Shown in pieces: positions 61,307 to 64,000 of a stretch of 64,000 bases of DNA (the stretch's first letter is position 1; every line of letters begins with the position of its first letter). Location of the stretch: NCBI GenBank assembly GCA_035084275.1, contig CM068756.1, positions 8,122,001 through 8,186,000 on the forward strand, in the 5' to 3' direction. The position numbers were made by a program, and so were the translations under genes. Source of the DNA: Hydrolagus colliei (taxonomy: Eukaryota). The notes under the pieces are model-generated. The model worked only from the letters and a program-made list of their open reading frames with translations, did no database searches and was not told the DNA's origin.

Positions 61307-64000
61307 CTTTAGGTTGCCTTTGGTGGTAAAAGCTCTTCCGCAAATAGTACAAGCAAATGGTTTTTCTCCAGTATGCGTTCTCTCATGTATCTGCAGAGCG
61401 CTGGAGGAGGAGAAAGCTTTCCCACATGCTGTGCAGTAGTGCTGTTTCGGAGTTCTTCTTTGTGGGGCTGGCAGGACAGGCGAGACAGCAGATACAGACA
61501 GAGGAAGAGGCCCTGATGAAATAAGGCTAGCAGGTGGATCCTTACTGTCCTGAGAACAGCCATGCATGAAACCATTGACCTCAGTTTTGATTAGGGATGT
61601 CAAAGTGTTGGCAGCCACAAATGAAGAGCTCTGATTAGGACCTATATTAGAGTTGGTGGGTTCAAACAGCTGAGATGGAAGGTCCCGCATTTGATGTGTC
61701 AACATGTGCTGCTTCAAATTACCCTTAGTGGAAAAGCCGCGACTGCATACTGTGCAAATATATGGACGCTCTTTGGTATGGCTTCTGTAATGTATGTCCA
61801 AGGCACTCTGACAAGCAAATGTTTTGCCACAGATATCGCAAGATGTGTTTCTCAACTTACCCCGCTCTCGACTGGGAAACAGCATGCTTAAAGTTTCTTC
61901 CTTAATTATTCGTTCATTGTTACTAGAAGTCAAGTCCAAGGCACCGCCATTGGCGTGGGCTGGAGACACTGAGATGGATAAATCGGACAGTAAAGTTCTA
62001 TGCTGTCTCTCTTCACAGCTTGGTGACTTTGACCTACGACTATCTGCGATGCTGTTGGTTGGGGAAGGGGCCTGCATGGAAGAGGTAGATTCTGAAATAG
62101 CAGGACTTCCAACGCTCTGGCTCTCCATATCCCCTACCAATGAAAAAGAGTCATTAGTCATATGGTCTCCGTCAGCCGATCCATTCTCACCTGACTTGAG
62201 GCTTGCTTGAAGCTGCTCAACAAGTCCAGTGTTTATCATTTTCATTTGATTTTCAAGAGCTGCAATGCTGGACATTTCCAGTGGCAATGGTGAAGGGCAC
62301 AGACTACCTCGACACACCTCTGCAGATTTGGGTGTGTCTGGCACACTACTGTCGGGACAGTCTTCCATGTTCTCGTCTGAATAGTCATCGATATCATCGA
62401 TATTTTTGTCTTCAAATGAAGCCGTGTCAGATTCCATAGACTCAGGGTAGTTGTCCACAATGGGAGTATTGGGAATCTGGCCTCCCATATGCATTCGTAT
62501 GTGCTGTTGCAGCACAACAGCATTTGTGAATTTCTTCTGGCAAATTGGGCAAGAGTGTTGAACTCTGAGAGGTGGCATGGCACGATGAACACCATAATGG
62601 GTCTTCAGGTTTCCCTTAGTGGTGAACGCACGGCCACAGACTTTACATTTAAAGGGCCTCTCGCCTGTATGTGTTCGGTAATGCATCTTCAGTGCACTAT
62701 GGCAACTAAGAACTCGATGGCAAATAACACATTGGTTAGGATCAGTCATCTTCTTGTCAATATTTTCTACTAGCTGTTGCAGTTTGGAAGTTTCTGAAGC
62801 CTGCAAAGAATCCAAGAGTCCTCCGAATGGAAATTTTGACTTAAACGGGTCTGACATCAGTGGTATAAGAGGGCTTGTAAAAGCAGAAGTACTACTTAGG
62901 CCTGAATCAGATGCACTTGAGCTGACAGGGACAGCCAAGCTGGTGACAGAATTAATTGATTGTGTGTTTTCATCTACTTTACCATTTGAGGTAGGTGAAG
63001 CACTTTCTTCCACTTCATCTAGAAGATCATTTTTTACGGAAGGATCTGTTGCTCCCAAGTCACTCTTAACTGAGCCAGGAGGGCTGCCCGAAAACGGATT
63101 AACTGAGATAGACTGACTCTCCTCTGATTTGATAAGAGCAGACAAACCTGATATAGTCGATGGGAGTGGCAGGCCAACGGATGTGGTCAACGTAGGCAAT
63201 ACAGGCTTACTATCCAGCCAACTCATTACAGGTTTCTCAGGTGGTATAGACATTCCATAGGGAATACCTGTACTTGTTGGAACATTATCCAAATGTTCTG
63301 GGACTGGATAGGGGTTCATCTGAATGTGGGGGTACTTCTCCTTATGCCTCTGAAAGTGAACTTTCAAATTTCCTTTTGTAGAGAATCGGTTACCACATAT
63401 GTTACATTTGAAAGGTCTCTCTCCAGTGTGGGAACGCAAATGTATCTGCAAGGCACTGTCACTTCCAAACACTTTAGCACAGAACCTGCACTTGTGTTTA
63501 AAGAAAGCCTCGTCAGAGCTGCTTTTAGTTTCAAACACTACCACGTTCGGTGGCTTGCCTTTCCGTTGATTCGCCAGGGCAGTCAGAGAGCCAAGGTTTC
63601 CTGAAATTGTTTCAATGTTCGACAGAGGGTTGGAAAACACAGAAGTGGAGGTGGAGGACTGAGGTAGCAGTGAGCTGGACAAACTGGATGCAGGACTTAG
63701 TAAATTGCTAATTCCAAGAGCTGGTATGGATGCTGTAGTTACTGAAGGACTGATTAACTGAGACCCATTGATGGTATTTGCAGACATATTTTCAGAGGGC
63801 TGGATGGTACTGGACAGCGAGGATGTATTTAATTTTGGAGGAGATGTACTGCCAGGCTGAGCTGCGGTGGTTCCAGGGCTGCTCTGAGGTAGATGGAGTT
63901 GCTTCCCACCACTAATGTTGGCAGATTGGCTGGCAAGGCTCTGTGCTAGCCCAGCTGCTGCAGCAAGCTGCTGAGATAGATGTGAACTAAGTGTGGTTAA
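61307..64000 (-). CDS. SALL1: SALL1 (spalt-like 1) large coding exon, 5'-truncated by the window edge
   Basis: The 838-aa ORF 61271..63787 continues in frame and open to 64000 ([26 protein letters not shown]). It has paired C2H2 fingers with SAL boxes ([16 protein letters not shown]), and inter-finger segments matching remembered SALL1 ([45 protein letters not shown]). The frame ends at donor AAG|GTACTT (GT at 61306-61305), phase 0. Confidence 0.97.

Noticed and set aside
61691-63604. Plus-strand and off-frame ORFs overlapping SALL1
   Set aside because: Shadow ORFs of the coding exon; no independent support.
61271-63787. 838-aa ORF as a complete single-exon gene or retrocopy
   Set aside because: The frame is open upstream to the window edge and splices to a downstream exon.

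Overview
AT-rich vertebrate genomic DNA, most likely a cartilaginous fish. The DeuSINE/L2, CR1 and Penelope-type repeats resemble holocephalan (Callorhinchus-like) ones; this is inference. The only protein-coding gene is the 3' part of SALL1 on the minus strand: the large exon (open frame from beyond 64000 to 61307), a 1.67-kb intron, the last exon (CDS 59639-59205) and a ~1.6-kb 3'UTR with two poly(A) signals (57847, 57634). The other ~57 kb is the gene desert downstream of SALL1. It has many repeat-free, TF-motif-dense blocks that look like conserved enhancers, interspersed with L2/CR1 3' fragments, tRNA/Deu SINEs, two MITEs with intact TIRs and TSDs, and Penelope-derived fold-back elements carrying decayed minimal hammerhead-ribozyme cores. 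A CpG-rich, almost transposon-free ~6.5-kb domain lies directly downstream of the SALL1 3' end. I found no clearly new biological system. The best leads are the paired-hammerhead hairpin elements, a young intronic L2 insertion with an unusual junction, and the CpG-rich downstream domain.
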